Of a stretch of DNA of 64,000 nt, positions 22,591 through 35,171 are shown piece by piece. Origin of the DNA: Octopus sinensis. Taxonomy: Eukaryota. The position numbers and the translations under genes are program-made. Position 1 is the first letter of the stretch; each line of letters starts with the position of its first letter. The notes beneath the pieces are model-generated. The model did no database searches, had not been told where the DNA came from, and saw only the letters and a list, made by a program, of their open reading frames with translations. Location of the stretch: assembly GCF_006345805.1 (NCBI RefSeq), contig NW_021835468.1, forward strand, positions 1-64,000, in the 5' to 3' direction.

Positions 22591-23043
22591 ATTTAATATA
22601 AACACACACACACACACACACATATACACATCAGAGGCAACTCGAGGTCATCAGCGTCACTTGGGCTCATCACATAATCTTTGTATTGTAGAATGGAAAT
22701 GTTTCGTAGATTGGAATTTAAATCCTAATCTCTGCAGAGATTTATTGTTTCAAGAAAACATTGAATTTGAATTACTTTTAACTTTTACGATTATAGATAA
22801 CAATTCGGGCTGTAACTTCTGAGCCCCGAGTCAGGCGCGTATGAACGATGTCTGAACGTCTGCTACCAATGATATTTTTTCACACGGGGCATCTCTAAGA
22901 TGACCGTCAGACGGTGAACGAAAATAAATGAGTTGCGACCAGGTTTGATAAAAGGAGCCCCGAGTTATTGGCTGCAATTACATACTTGAAGTCAGAGTTG
23001 GCAGAAATTAAATCAGCTTGTTAAATACACGTTCAATTTACTA

Positions 23044-23106
23044 AATTTATACTTGGGCTAAGCCAATTTATACTTGGGCTAAGCCAATTTATACTTGGGC
23101 TAAGCC
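23044..23106. repeat. Three perfect 21-bp tandem repeats
   Basis: AATTTATACTTGGGCTAAGCC x3. Confidence 0.95.
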
Positions 23107-23117
23107 CAAACAGCCCG

Positions 23118-23148
<31 letters not shown>

Positions 23149-23149
23149 T

Positions 23150-23379
23150 CTCAATCGAAGGAGAGGGGCTTTCTCCGTCTGGGTTGCGGATCAGTGGAAT
23201 AAGCTGCCGGATGAGATAGTGAAGATGCCGACGACCGGTCGGTTCAAAGTCTCCCTTGACCTCAAATGGCCTGAACTCTTTGCATGAACACCACCTTGTA
23301 CATAACTCCATGTCCCCCTACATGGCCTTGCTTTTTGCTTTTTGAGCCAAAAAATTAACTTAACTTAACTTAACTTAAC
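23150..23379 (+). mobile_element. CR1-like LINE 3' fragment with (TTAAC)n tail
   Basis: NRRRGAFSVWVADQWNKLPDEIVKMPTTGRFKVSLDLKWPELFA*. Confidence 0.85.
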
Positions 23380-24065
23380 TATATACATGCACACACATGT
23401 GTGTCTGTATAAACATGTAGGTATATAGCTTACTGTTTCTAACAAATTCCACTAGCTTATTGTAGAAGTTGCTACATGGCTACTCTACCGGAATGGGTTT
23501 GAACCTGGATCCACATGCTTGGGAAACAAGCAATTCTCTTAACCACCTACTTATGCCTGAGGATATAAAAGAAATACAATAAAATTGGTAAGATGTGCGA
23601 GATGATTGAGTTGGCATTTGGCCCAAAGCAGGCTGTACAGCATCGGTTCCCCACTAAAAGGTTATGGCCTGGTGCCAAAGTCAGAAGTCAATAGATGTGC
23701 ACTGGAATATATATATATATTGATACCTATCAAAAATGATTTGATATTAACCAGGCATTGATGCTATAAAACAGGGAAGGATTAAAAGACAATTTCTTTG
23801 GGCTAATTAACGCTGGAAGTGCCAAACGAACATGCAAACAACATTAAAAGTTGGCATGTGGGAGTTTTATGACTTTGCAAGAATTTTCGGTATCAGGTAT
23901 TGGTCAGAATTCTTTGTTTATTTCTTCACTTATTTTGGTCATGGCACCACTTTTTTGCTGTGGCACTGTCTTGTAGGGTTTTGGAAAACAAATCTATTCA
24001 AGTGCTTTTTCTTTTTAACTCTTTAGCACCTTATCCTTTTGTTACCATAGTCCTGTGTTTCTTTA

Positions 24066-24215
24066 GTGGTTGGCGTTAGGAAGGGCATCCAGCTGTAGAA
24101 ACACTGCCAGATCAGACTGGAGCCTGGAGCAGCCCCTGGCTCCCCAGACCCCAGTCGAACCGTCCAACCCATGCTAGCACGGAAAACAGACGTTAAACGA
24201 TGATGATGATGATGA
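24066..24215 (+). mobile_element. RTE 3' tail, short
   Basis: GTGGTTGGCGTTAGGAAGGGCATCC...(GAT)n. Confidence 0.9.
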
Positions 24216-24724
24216 TAACAAAGAATTTAGTAAAATAACTTCACTATCATTAAGCTAGTCTTAGGAACCTAAATTGCGAACATCTGTAAAAAGAACTCAG
24301 CCTCTTTGCCTCCATGAGGCCCAACACTCGAAAGGAATTCAGCCACTTTGCTTCCGTCAGACCTAACGTTCTAAGGTTGTTTTTTTTTTTATGTGTCACC
24401 TGCATGGGTGCACTTGGCTTGACGGGTCCTTTTAAGCAGAGCACATCACCAAAGTTAGCATAAAACCTCCTTCCTTTCTTCGACAGTCTCCCTTAGTTGT
24501 GGGGGAACTGTTTTGTCTTGCTGGTTGCTTGGTGACCTCACTAGTGCTGCTGCAATGAAAAACCATCGCCCAGTAAACTCTGTAAAGTGGTTGATGTTAA
24601 TAAGGACGTACAGCTGTAGAAACTGTTCCGAAACAGACATTGGAGCTCACCTAAGTCCCCAGACTCATCAGATCTTGTTGAACCATCCTGCCCATACCAG
24701 CAAAGAAGAAAGGACATTAAATTA

Positions 24725-24875
24725 GGAAGATGATGACGATGATGACGACGACGACGATGATGATGATGATGATGATGACAATGATAATGACGATGATGAT
24801 GACGATGATGACGACGATGATGATGATGATGATGATGACGACGACAGCTATGATGATGACATTGATGTTGATGAA
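24725..24875. repeat. (GAT/GAC)n microsatellite
   Basis: Direct inspection. Confidence 0.95.
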
Positions 24876-24889
24876 ACAAGACCAGGTGT

Positions 24890-25370
24890 GGCTGCTATTT
24901 TGCAGGTGAATCAAGTCCCATTAATGCCTCATTCGATCAGACCTGGTGGGGCAAATAACCAACTTTAACAGATTAACATACTGACTTCTGGGCCCCACAG
25001 ACATGCTATGACTCCTTCAGCTTTTCCTGCCACTACTATAATGGCCTCTGCTCCTCAGAGCTGGTTGGCCTCATCCTACCTTCACTCAAGTACTTACTCT
25101 CACCCATTGCTCCCACTCTTTCCAACCATGCTGTGTCTAAAATCTCAGTCATCACACTAACCCCAACACCCAATCCTACTGCTACAGAACAGCATCCCTC
25201 TGGAACCACACCCTTTTCACTCTTTTTGTGTCTTTCCTGCAGGAGATTGACTTACAACAGTTTAAAGAGAACATTAAGGGCCATAATTTTCCCTGTCTTT
25301 GAGGACCCATGAAGACCATGGGTGCTGTCGCTTCCCCAATCCCAGCAAATAAAAAAGAAAAAATATTGCA
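24890..25370 (+). mobile_element. Decayed CR1/Jockey-like LINE 3' fragment
   Basis: Frameshifted YYNGLCSSELVGLILP...LWN...VFPAGD...LQQFKENIK followed by an A-rich tail. Confidence 0.6.
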
Positions 25371-25938
25371 CAAGCCACTCGATGGCCAGTGTTGGTTTGT
25401 TTATGTCCCCATTACTTAGCAGTTCAGCAAAAGGGACTGACAGAATAAGTACCAGGTTATGACAGAAACAATGTCCTGGGGTTGATTTTTTGGACTAGAA
25501 CCTTTCAAGGTGGTGCTCCAGTATGGCCGTAGTCCAATGAATGAAACAAGTGAAAGAGAAAAGAGATGAGTCGAAGAGCAATCGCCACTGCATGGTAACA
25601 CGACTTGCTAGAAATAGCAGACAAATCTCTCTCAAATTGCTGCTTTGTCAATTGAAAAATGGGAGGACACATTGGATAATGTAGTCTTGGGTAGACGATG
25701 CCAGAGAAAAGGATAGAATGTATATATATGTGTGTGTGTATTCTTTCTTTTACTTGTGTCAGTCATTTGATTGACTGTGGCCCTGCTGGAGCACTGCCTT
25801 GGAGAGTTTTAGTTGAACAAATCAACCTTATTTCTTAAGCCTAGTGCTTAATGTCTTTGAATGTCTTTGATCATAGGTCAGCAAAATTTCACCTGGGGTT
25901 AAACAATAACAACAACAGTAACAACAACAACAGCAACA

Positions 25939-25970
<32 letters not shown>

Positions 25971-26435
25971 AGCGAAGACCACAGAACTGTGTCAAAATCC
26001 TAAAACCCATTTTTTTTTCTTCAAATTCCATTTTCGGTTTGTATAATTCTTGACAACTTCCACCTGCATGGAAACTTCAAGAGTCAACAGAGCAAGCTCT
26101 GTCTTTGACAGAATCGGAACCTGACATCTCTCAAGTTACAGATTTCCTCAGGCATTACCAATTCTTGACGCCAACATGGTTTACACCATTAAACAAACCA
26201 GGGTTTGTCTGCAAGCATAACATCAAGCTTCATGGTTTCATATCGTACCAGAATCTCCAAGAATATGGTCGCACTGATGAGTTCTTTGATAAGAAGCTGG
26301 TGATTCAGGGAAGGGAGGGAGGGGTGTCTTGAGTCTGCTTAAGACCGTTTCTCTCATATTTCCTCTCACTGTTCTGCTCTCTACTCACACACACACACAC
26401 ACATGTATGTATATATGTATGTATGTATGTATACA

Positions 26436-26953
26436 CACGAAGGGATGGTGAAAAGCTCCTGGTGCTGGGTAAAAGAAAATACTGGAAGATTAATTAATTA
26501 GGATTTTATCTAACACTAGCAGTATCGCCCGGCGTTGCTCAGGTTTGTAAGGGAAATAAATATATAAGCATTTTTAGAGAGTTATAGACAAAAATTAGCA
26601 AAAAAATGCATTAAAAATGGAAAAAAATTATGGTAAATTTTTTTTTAAATCGTAGACTCATCGTAGACATGCGTTAATTACCCAGAAGGGCTCGATATGA
26701 ATGACAACTATAAGATACCCGGTTTTGGTTAAACTGCACCGCAAAATGTGGGAGTAGTTAGGAATCTAAATCGTAGGAGACAGACACACAACCTCTCTTT
26801 TATATATAAAGATATTCCCCTCTCAGATTCACACACTTATTGCTGTGGCCCTTCAGTTTTTCTAAGCCCTGTAAAAGAACTCGGAAGGTTGGACTTCCAA
26901 CCAGGCCTTTTGCAATATCCTTAAAGTCAGGAACTTTACAGTAACCCCTTGTG
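26436..26953. mobile_element. mariner deletion derivative with a nested Helitron-like insert
   Basis: Imperfect TIRs CACGAAGGG...AAAAGCTCCTG / CAGGAACTTT...CCCCTTGTG next to TA; minus strand GLEKLKGHSNKCVNLRGEY resembles the mariner C-terminus. Confidence 0.65.
26515..26813 (+). mobile_element. Helitron/DINE-like ~300-bp element
   Basis: ACTAGCAGTATCGCCCGGCGTTGCTC...CAGACACACAAC...TATATATAAAGAT; second copy at 59783. Confidence 0.7.
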
Positions 26954-26967
26954 TATATATATATATA

Positions 26968-27193
26968 TTTCTTTATTGCCCACAAGGGGCTACACACATA
27001 GAGGGGACAAACAAGGACAGACAACGGGATTAAGTCGATTACATCGACCCCAGTGCATAACTGGTACTTTATTTATCGACCCCGAAAGGATGAAAGGCAA
27101 AGTCGACCTCAGCGGAATTTGAACTCACAACATAACGACAGACGAAATACGGCTATGCATTCCGCCCGGCGTGCTACCGTTTCTGCCAGCTCG
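26968..27193 (-). mobile_element. SINE family B
   Basis: Reverse complement of the 7149-7385 type. Confidence 0.88.
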
Positions 27194-27374
27194 TATATAT
27201 ATATATATATATACACACACACATGCATATACAGTCAAATGATGGCTTAGCTGGTCGAAACTTCAAAGTCACTGTCAACAAATAATATATTTGTACTCTA
27301 CAAAAGTATAGAGTAAGCCATCAGATTGATGTAAAATTGCTTTTATTAAAACGGAATGTAAAAATGAACATTAA

Positions 27375-27448
27375 TACACACACACACATATATGTATGTA
27401 TATATATATGTATGTATATGTGTATGTATATATATGTGTGTCTGTGTG

Positions 27449-27496
<48 letters not shown>

Positions 27497-27605
27497 CACA
27501 TACACACATATATATATGTATGTATATATATGTAGATATATGCATCCATATATATATATGTATGTATGTATGTATGTATATATATTTCAAACCTTCTTTC
27601 GTATG

Positions 27606-27677
<72 letters not shown>

Positions 27678-27680
27678 TCG
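27375..27680. repeat. (TA)n/(CA)n/(TATG)n microsatellite
   Basis: Direct inspection. Confidence 0.95.
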
Positions 27681-28039
27681 GGTATCTTTTCAATCTTTAT
27701 ATCATTCTTTTGAAATGTTCTTTTCACTCCCATTACCTCTCTTTTTCTCATTTTCTGTTCATTGCATCCTCTCAATCGCTTTCTCTCCCCTCTCCCTTAT
27801 CATGTCTCCCTTTAGTTCTTTCTTTCGTCCTCTCTGATATTCTCTCTCTCTCTCTTTTTCTCTTTACACTAACACACAAACATACTCAGATATTCACACA
27901 CAGAAATCAAACTCTAGCCATTTCATCAAATGAACTAACAGAACTGTATTTGATTTCAAAATACTGAACAGAAGATAACCGATATCCTTTTCTAATGAGA
28001 GTAACAGAAGATAGAGATTTAGACAGACGCACACACAGA

Positions 28040-28202
<163 letters not shown>

Positions 28203-29316
28203 AGCTGATAGATCTAACGAATCGTGTGCTTATCAGACAGACTTGTCTAAGTCATGCAAGCATGAAGAGGGAAAAACATTGGAAAGGATAATTAAAGAGG
28301 ATATAAAAAGAGAAGAGGAAAGCCAAAAGAACTGGAAGAGCTGGATTATGGCAGAGAAAATGGCAGGAGCCATACCGATTATTGCTTTCGAGATGCTGTA
28401 GGCTGTAACCCTGTTGCATAGTTTTTTACATATTGCACTCAAAACGGTTAAAAGAACAGTTTAAAAATGTTTATTAAGAAAAGGAAATGAAGGAGATTTC
28501 TTCAGTATCGCGTTTCAATTCATTTTCATTCAAATTCTAAATCGGTTACATTTTATTTTCCTTCCCATCATCTACGCCATCCTTTCTCCAAAATATCATC
28601 TGCTCTTCCACCATTTTTCTCTCTTCTTCTCTTTCTACTTCTTGAACTAATTATGCTCCAAAGATGATGCTGTCACTACGATCTCATTACTTCCATGTGG
28701 TGTTAAATAAATATTTATGTTGGTCACAAGTGAATATCTTGTGATATTTCAGTGTTTTCTCTCAAATCCTCCTTCTCTATGCCAATTCATAATAAAGCAC
28801 AGATGCTGTTATATTTTGTGTAAATCTCTCTGAAAAACAGCCAGTTTTACAGAAAGTTATTATCTTTATTAGGTATGCCTCACCCATCTTGTAAAAACAT
28901 TTTATATTACCTTACAGAAGAACTTAACCCATCAACTTGAATTGCAATGGCGAATCTCTCTAGCAGTGAAAACAAAATATTTTTTTTAATATTAGTTTGA
29001 CATTTACAGTGTTTTCATATTTATTTCAAATAAAAATTGAAACAATTTAACAACAAGCCTGATTTAGCTGCCATACACAACACAGGCTATAAGCCATAAC
29101 TCATGTCACAAGAGGTTTTCTGGGAAGGTTTACTTTTTTTCTTGTTTTTTGTTGCTTCTTTTGTTTTATTATTATTTTTTTTAGTTGTTTCACTCATTCT
29201 GCAGCAGCCATGCTGGAGCACACCTGGAGGGGTTTTTGTCAAAGAAACTAAACCCAAATCTTTAGGTATAATCTTTGACTTTTTTTACATGTTTCAGTCA
29301 TTTGACTGCGGCCATG

Positions 29317-30785
29317 CTAAGGCACAGCATATCTCCAAAGGTCTCGGTCTCCTGTCATTGCCTCTGTGAGGCCCAACTTTTGAAGGCCATGCCTCACCAC
29401 CTCATCCCATGTCTTCCTGGGTCTACCTCTTCCACAGGTTCCTTCCACTGTCAGAGAGTAGCACTTCCTCACACAGCTGTCCTCATCCACATGTAACACA
29501 TGACCATACCAGTGCAGTCGTCTCTCTTGCACACCAAATCTGATGCTTCTTAGGTCCAACTTTTCTCTCAGGGTACTTACACTCTGTTGTGTATGCACAC
29601 TGACATTACACATCCAGTGGATCATACTAGCTTCATTTCTTTCAAGCCTCGTCAAGTCCTCAGCAATCATGGCCCATGTTTCACTGCTGTGTAGCATGGC
29701 AGTTCACACACATGCATCATACAGTTCACTTTTCATCCTGAGCGAGAGTAGAAGTAGGAGCTCCCTGAACTTTGCCCAGCCTATTCTTATTCTAGTAGCT
29801 ACACTCTCAGAGCAACCACCCCCACTACAGATTTGATTACCTAGGTAGCGATAGCTATCAACTACATCTAGTTTTTTTCCTTGGCATGTGATAGAATCTG
29901 TTTTCTGTACATCTTCAGTGTTTATTGCCCTTGTGCATCTGCCACACACAAAAACTCTTTCTGGTTAACCTTCCTTTGATATTGCTGCACCTTTTATGTG
30001 TCCATAGCTTATACCATGTACATCATATGGAGTTTCTACCCACACCTTTTCTACAGATCGAACAGGGCCATCTACATGAAGGGGTTTGTGATTTGACAGC
30101 CTTCCTACTTACTAAGACTTAGGTTTTTGCTAGATGAGCCCTAAGGCCCTTCAATTCTAGACCTTGCTTCCACACCCCAAACTTCGTCTCTAGTCCTGGC
30201 AGTGACACAGCTATTAGAGCAAGGTCATCAGCACAGAGGAGCTTCCAGGGGCAGCCTGTCTTGAATTCTTCTGTTATTGCCCGCAAAACTATGATGAATA
30301 AGAGGGGGCTGATGACTGATCCTTGGTGAACCCTTACTTCAACCCGGAATTCTTCACTATACTTGTTGCCAACCCTCACCTTACTGGCAGAATCCTTGTA
30401 TAGCTCTTAGCAACCACTCATTTATCCCCAGTTTCTGCATTGACCACCAGATAAGGGCTTAGGGGACCCTGTCAAAGGCTTTCTCCAAATCAACAAAAGC
30501 CAAGTACAGAGGTTTATCTGTGGCTAAGTATTTCTCCTACAGCTGTCTTACCAGAAATATAGCATCAGTGGTGCTTCTCCCTGGAACAAGCCCAAACTGC
30601 ATCTCATTTAGACTGACTCTCTCCCTAATTAGTTGGGCTATAACCCTCTCTATGACTTCCATTACCTGATCCAACAACTTGATACCTGAGTAATTATTTG
30701 TATCTAATGCATCACCTTTACCTTTGTAGCAGTTGACTATGGTGCTGCTACACCAGTCATTGGGTATATATACATATTTCATCAT
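29317..30785 (-). mobile_element. RTE-clade LINE ORF2 (reverse transcriptase) pseudogene fragment
   Basis: QFGLVPGRSTTDAIFLVRQL, VHQGSVISPLLF, LLCADDL, LHSSETW, GTCGRGRPRKTW; several stops and frameshifts. Confidence 0.95.
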
Positions 30786-30992
30786 GCTGAACAATCAATC
30801 CCTACACACTTTTTCTCTCTCTATTCGTGTTCTTTCCATTTTTTTCCCTCTCAATCATTCCTGTCAAAGAGCATAGGCTTGAAACATCAAAACCTTTTCT
30901 ATTCTTCCCAAGCATCAAACTAATACACCTGCTTGTTCTTCTTTGACCTGTCTTCATCTTTTGTCTTCTGTAAATGCGAACTATATACATAT

Positions 30993-31452
30993 ACTAGTAG
31001 CTAAGCCCGGTTTCACCCTGTTGGTTTGAATGATGTGGCTGTAAAACGTGCTCTGTGTAAGCATTCGACATGTTTGGGCACGCTTACGTTAAAAAAATTT
31101 TAGAATGAAATTTTTCTGTCAAAACGCTAAAAATAACTGACCTACAAAAAAAAAAAAAACCAAGATTCAACCAAATCAAAAAATAAACCCAAATACTAAG
31201 TGAACAAAGATGAACCATCCCACTTCCATTGCACACAGACACACACACACGCAGACAAACGCACATTCACATACCCCACTTTTACATAGACACACATGTA
31301 TTCACACAGAGTTGAAACGCTGTTTGATTTATTTTTGTCAGCGTACAATTTTCATCATCCCACTACCAAGTATGACATCACCCCTTCCTTCCTTATTCAT
31401 CTATCACCCCTTCCTTTCTGATTCATAAACACAAGAGTATTATTATAGTAGA
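30993..31452 (+). mobile_element. Helitron/DINE-like element
   Basis: Starts ACTAGTAGCTAAGCCCGGTTTCACCC, has an internal (CA)n and ends TATTATAGTAGAT. Confidence 0.5.
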
Positions 31453-31544
31453 TTATCTCGGTAACCATGGAAGCTATGATAAAAATACAAAACCCAGCAG
31501 CTGGATCATTCTACTCATCTGTGTAATTTTTTGCACAATTCATG

Positions 31545-31775
31545 CCGGTGGCATGTAAAATGCGCCATCCAATTGTGGTCGTTTGCCAGCCTCGTCTGGC
31601 ATGTAAAAAGCACCCACTAAACTCACGGAGTGGTTGGCGTTAGGAAGGGCATCCAGCCGTAGAAACATTGCCAGATCAGACTGGGCCTGGTGCAGCCTTC
31701 TGGCTTCCCAGACCCCAGTTGTACCGTCCAACCCATGCCAGCATGGAAAGCGGACGCTAAACGATGATGATGACA
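31545..31775 (+). mobile_element. RTE 3' tail
   Basis: Family match ending (GAT)n. Confidence 0.9.
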
Positions 31776-31945
31776 ATGATGAATTCCACCCAGCCGTTTG
31801 ACCATGAATCCCAAGACAAGAAAGAATTGCCCATCTCAAATTTATATGTATGTGTATATATATAGTTCACATTTAAAAGCAGTGTTAGTGCTGTAAACAT
31901 CATTAATTGTACATGCTCAATGAATGCGATTTGCTTGTTTGCCAG

Positions 31946-32021
31946 TAAGCTGCGGGAAGAGCACAGGGGGGATGACTACCACATTTTGCCAGGTGTTAAA
32001 ATACCTGAAAGTCATAGACAG
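31946..32021 (+). CDS. Candidate 76-nt internal exon of an unidentified gene
   Basis: ttgcttgtttgccag|...CAG|gtgaga; one open frame (x)KLREEHRGDDYHILPGVKIPESHRQ; no partner exons identified. Confidence 0.35.
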
Positions 32022-32080
32022 GTGAGACAGCTCACCTGTTTATGTGTGTGTGTATGTGTAAATATATATATATATATATA

Positions 32081-32243
32081 TAGGTGCAGGTGTGGCTGTG
32101 TGGTAAGAAGTTTGCTTACCAACAACATTGTTCTGGGTTCAGTCCCTCTGCGTGGCACCTTGAGCAAGTGACTTCTACTATAGCCTCAGGCTGACCAAAG
32201 CCTTGTGAGTGGATTTGGTAGATGGAAACTGAAAGAAGCCCAT

Positions 32244-32291
<48 letters not shown>

Positions 32292-32505
32292 CGTATGTAT
32301 TTGTGTGTCTGTGTTTGTCCCCCCACCACCATTGCTTGACAACCGATGTTGGCGTGTTTACATCCCTGTAACGTAGCAGTTCGGCAAAAGAGACCAATAG
32401 AATAAGTATCAGGCTTACAAAGAATAAGTCCTGGGGTCGATTTGCTCAACTAAAGGCAGTGCTCCAGCCTGGCCACAGTCAAATGACTGAATCAAAGAGT
32501 AAAAG
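32081..32505 (+). mobile_element. SINE family A, full length
   Basis: Family match. Confidence 0.9.
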
Positions 32506-32506
32506 A

Positions 32507-32538
<32 letters not shown>

Positions 32539-33199
32539 ACAGGGCTGGTGGAGGGGGCACCCCCCCTGGGTGTCTGTGTTTGTCCTCCACCACTGCTTGA
32601 CAACCAGTGTTGATGTGCTTATGTCCCTGTAACTTAGCAACTCAGCAAAAGAGACCAATAGAATGAATCCCCAGGCTTAACACAAAAATTAAGTCCTGGG
32701 GTGGATTCTTTCAACTAATAATTCCTCAAGGCAGTGCCCCAGCATGGCCGCAGTCGAATGCCGAAAACAAGTAAAAGATAAAAGGGAAAAGCGAGAAGAT
32801 AAAGAGGATATTGTTATCAAAGTTATTAATGATATTTTAAGCTGTAAAAAATCCAGGTTTTATGGCCAACGGAGATGTCAGCCATTCTTCGTGAGGGCAC
32901 TTGAGTCTAGACAAATGTTACGGCAAACCAAATGGACTGACAAGAATTCCAAACACGGTTCTTGTAGCTCTCGTGTTCTCTAATTTTTATCCTATTCATT
33001 TCACTGAAAAGCCTATTTATGAGGACAACAATTCAATGAAAATGAGTTCAGACATTTCATAATCCCCCCCCCTTTTTTTTTGTGACCCTCTTGACAAAAT
33101 CTACTTTATGAAAAAAAAATATAAAGTGGCTTTGATAATTTGTTTTGGAAATGTGTTGGAGATGATAATAAAATATGGAAATAGAAATTGTTTATGAGA

Positions 33200-33208
33200 T
33201 TGTTGAGA

Positions 33209-33249
<41 letters not shown>

Positions 33250-33298
33250 TAACAACAACAATAATAATAATAATAATAATGATAATAATAATAATAAT
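33200..33298. repeat. (AAT/AAC)n microsatellite
   Basis: Direct inspection. Confidence 0.95.
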
Positions 33299-33470
33299 AG
33301 GCGCAGGAGCGGCTGTGTGGTAAGTAGCTTGCTTACCAACCACATGGTTCCGGGTTCAGTCCCATTGCGTGGCACCTTCGGCAAGTGTCTTCTACTATAG
33401 CCTCGGGCCGACTAAAGCCTTGTGAGTGGATTTGGTAGACGGAAACTGAAAGAAGCCCGTCGTATATATG

Positions 33471-33503
<33 letters not shown>

Positions 33504-33728
33504 TTGCGTGTGTGTTTGTGTGTCTGTGCTTGTTCCCCACCACCAACATTGCTTGACAACCGATGCTGGTGTGTTTATGTCCCCGTAACTTAGCGGTTCG
33601 GCAAAAAGAGACCGATAGAATAAGTACTGGGATTACAAAGAATATGTCCTGGGGGCGGTTTACTCGACTAAAGGCAGTGCTCCAGCATGGCCACAGTCAA
33701 ATGACTGAAACAAGTAAAAGAGTAAAGA
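33299..33728 (+). mobile_element. SINE family A, full length
   Basis: Family match. Confidence 0.92.
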
Positions 33729-33749
33729 AAAGAGAGAATATTAATAATA

Positions 33750-34002
33750 ATAATCCTTTCTACTAAAGACACAAGACCTGAAATTGTTGGGGAAGAGACT
33801 ACTTGATTGCATGGACCTCAGTGTGTCACTGGTACTTAATCTATTGACCCCGAAAGGATGAAAGGCAAGATTGACCATGGCAGAATTTGAACTCAGAATG
33901 TAGCGACAGGTAAAATACCACTAAGTATTTCGTCCAGTGTGCTAACAATTCTGTCAGCTCACCACTTCAATAATGATGACGATGATGATGATGATGATGA
34001 TG

Positions 34003-34033
<31 letters not shown>

Positions 34034-34245
34034 TCACTATAGACACAAGGCCTGAAATTTTTGGGAAGGGGACTGCTCAATTATATCGACCCCAGTGTTT
34101 CACTGGTATTTGTTTTATTGACACGGAAAGGATGAAAGGCAAAGTCGACCTTGGTGGAATTGGAACTCAGAATGTAAAGACAGGCGAAATACTGCTAAGC
34201 ATTTCACCCAGCATGCTTAACCATTCTGCCAGCTCACTGCCTTAA
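33750..34245 (-). mobile_element. Two older family B SINEs in tandem
   Basis: Copies at about 33750-33970 and 34035-34245 separated by (GAT)n(AAT)n. Confidence 0.78.
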
Positions 34246-34299
34246 AGATGACCATCACTTGTTAATGTAATCTACTTTGTGTTGGTTAGTCACAGGAGG

Positions 34300-34735
34300 T
34301 TTACATATGTGTATATATGTATGTATATGCATTTCTATGTATGCATGTATGTATATATATGTATTTGTATGTATGCATATATGTATATGCATTTGTATGT
34401 ATGCATATATGTATGTATATGTATTTATATATATGTATGCATGAATGTATATATATATGTATTTGTATGTATGCATATATGTATGTATATGTATTTATAT
34501 GTATGTATGCATGAATGTATATATATGTATTTGTATGTATGCATATATGTATGTATATGTATTTATATGTATGCATGAATGTATATATATGTATTTGAAC
34601 GTATGCATATATGTATGTATATGCATTTGTATGTATGTATGCATGAATGTATATATATGTATTTGTATGTATGCGTATATGTATGTATATGCATTTGTAT
34701 GTATACTCATTTGTATGTATGTATATATATGTATT
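34300..34735. repeat. (TATG/TGTA)-derived satellite with recurring GCATGAATGT
   Basis: Direct inspection. Confidence 0.9.
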
Positions 34736-34894
34736 TGTAACAATAAGGTTTTTAGAGGAAGTCGAGGGTCACCAATTGTAATGATTAAGATTTTATTAGT
34801 GTAGTTACTAATTGTAACGGGTAAGATTGATTAGGTACACGATAATATGAAATGTCAGTCAGCAGTTGTGACGATAATAATTTGTTGCTATAAC

Positions 34895-35171
34895 GCCAGC
34901 CTCGTCTGGCACCTGTGTCGGTGGCACATAAAAAACACCATCCGAGCGTGGCCGTTCGCTAGCCTCGTCTGGCACCTGTGTCGGTGGCACATAAAATCAC
35001 CCACTACACTCTCGGAGTGGTTGGCGTTAGGAAGGGCATCCAGCTGTAGAAACACTGTCAGATCAGACTGGGCCTAGTGCAGCCTTCTGGCTTCCCAGAC
35101 CCCGGTCGAACCGTCCAACCCATGCTAGCATGGAAAGCGGACGTTAAACGATGATGATGATGATGATGATG
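34895..35171 (+). mobile_element. RTE 3' tail
   Basis: Family match, two internal repeat units, (GAT)n tail. Confidence 0.9.
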
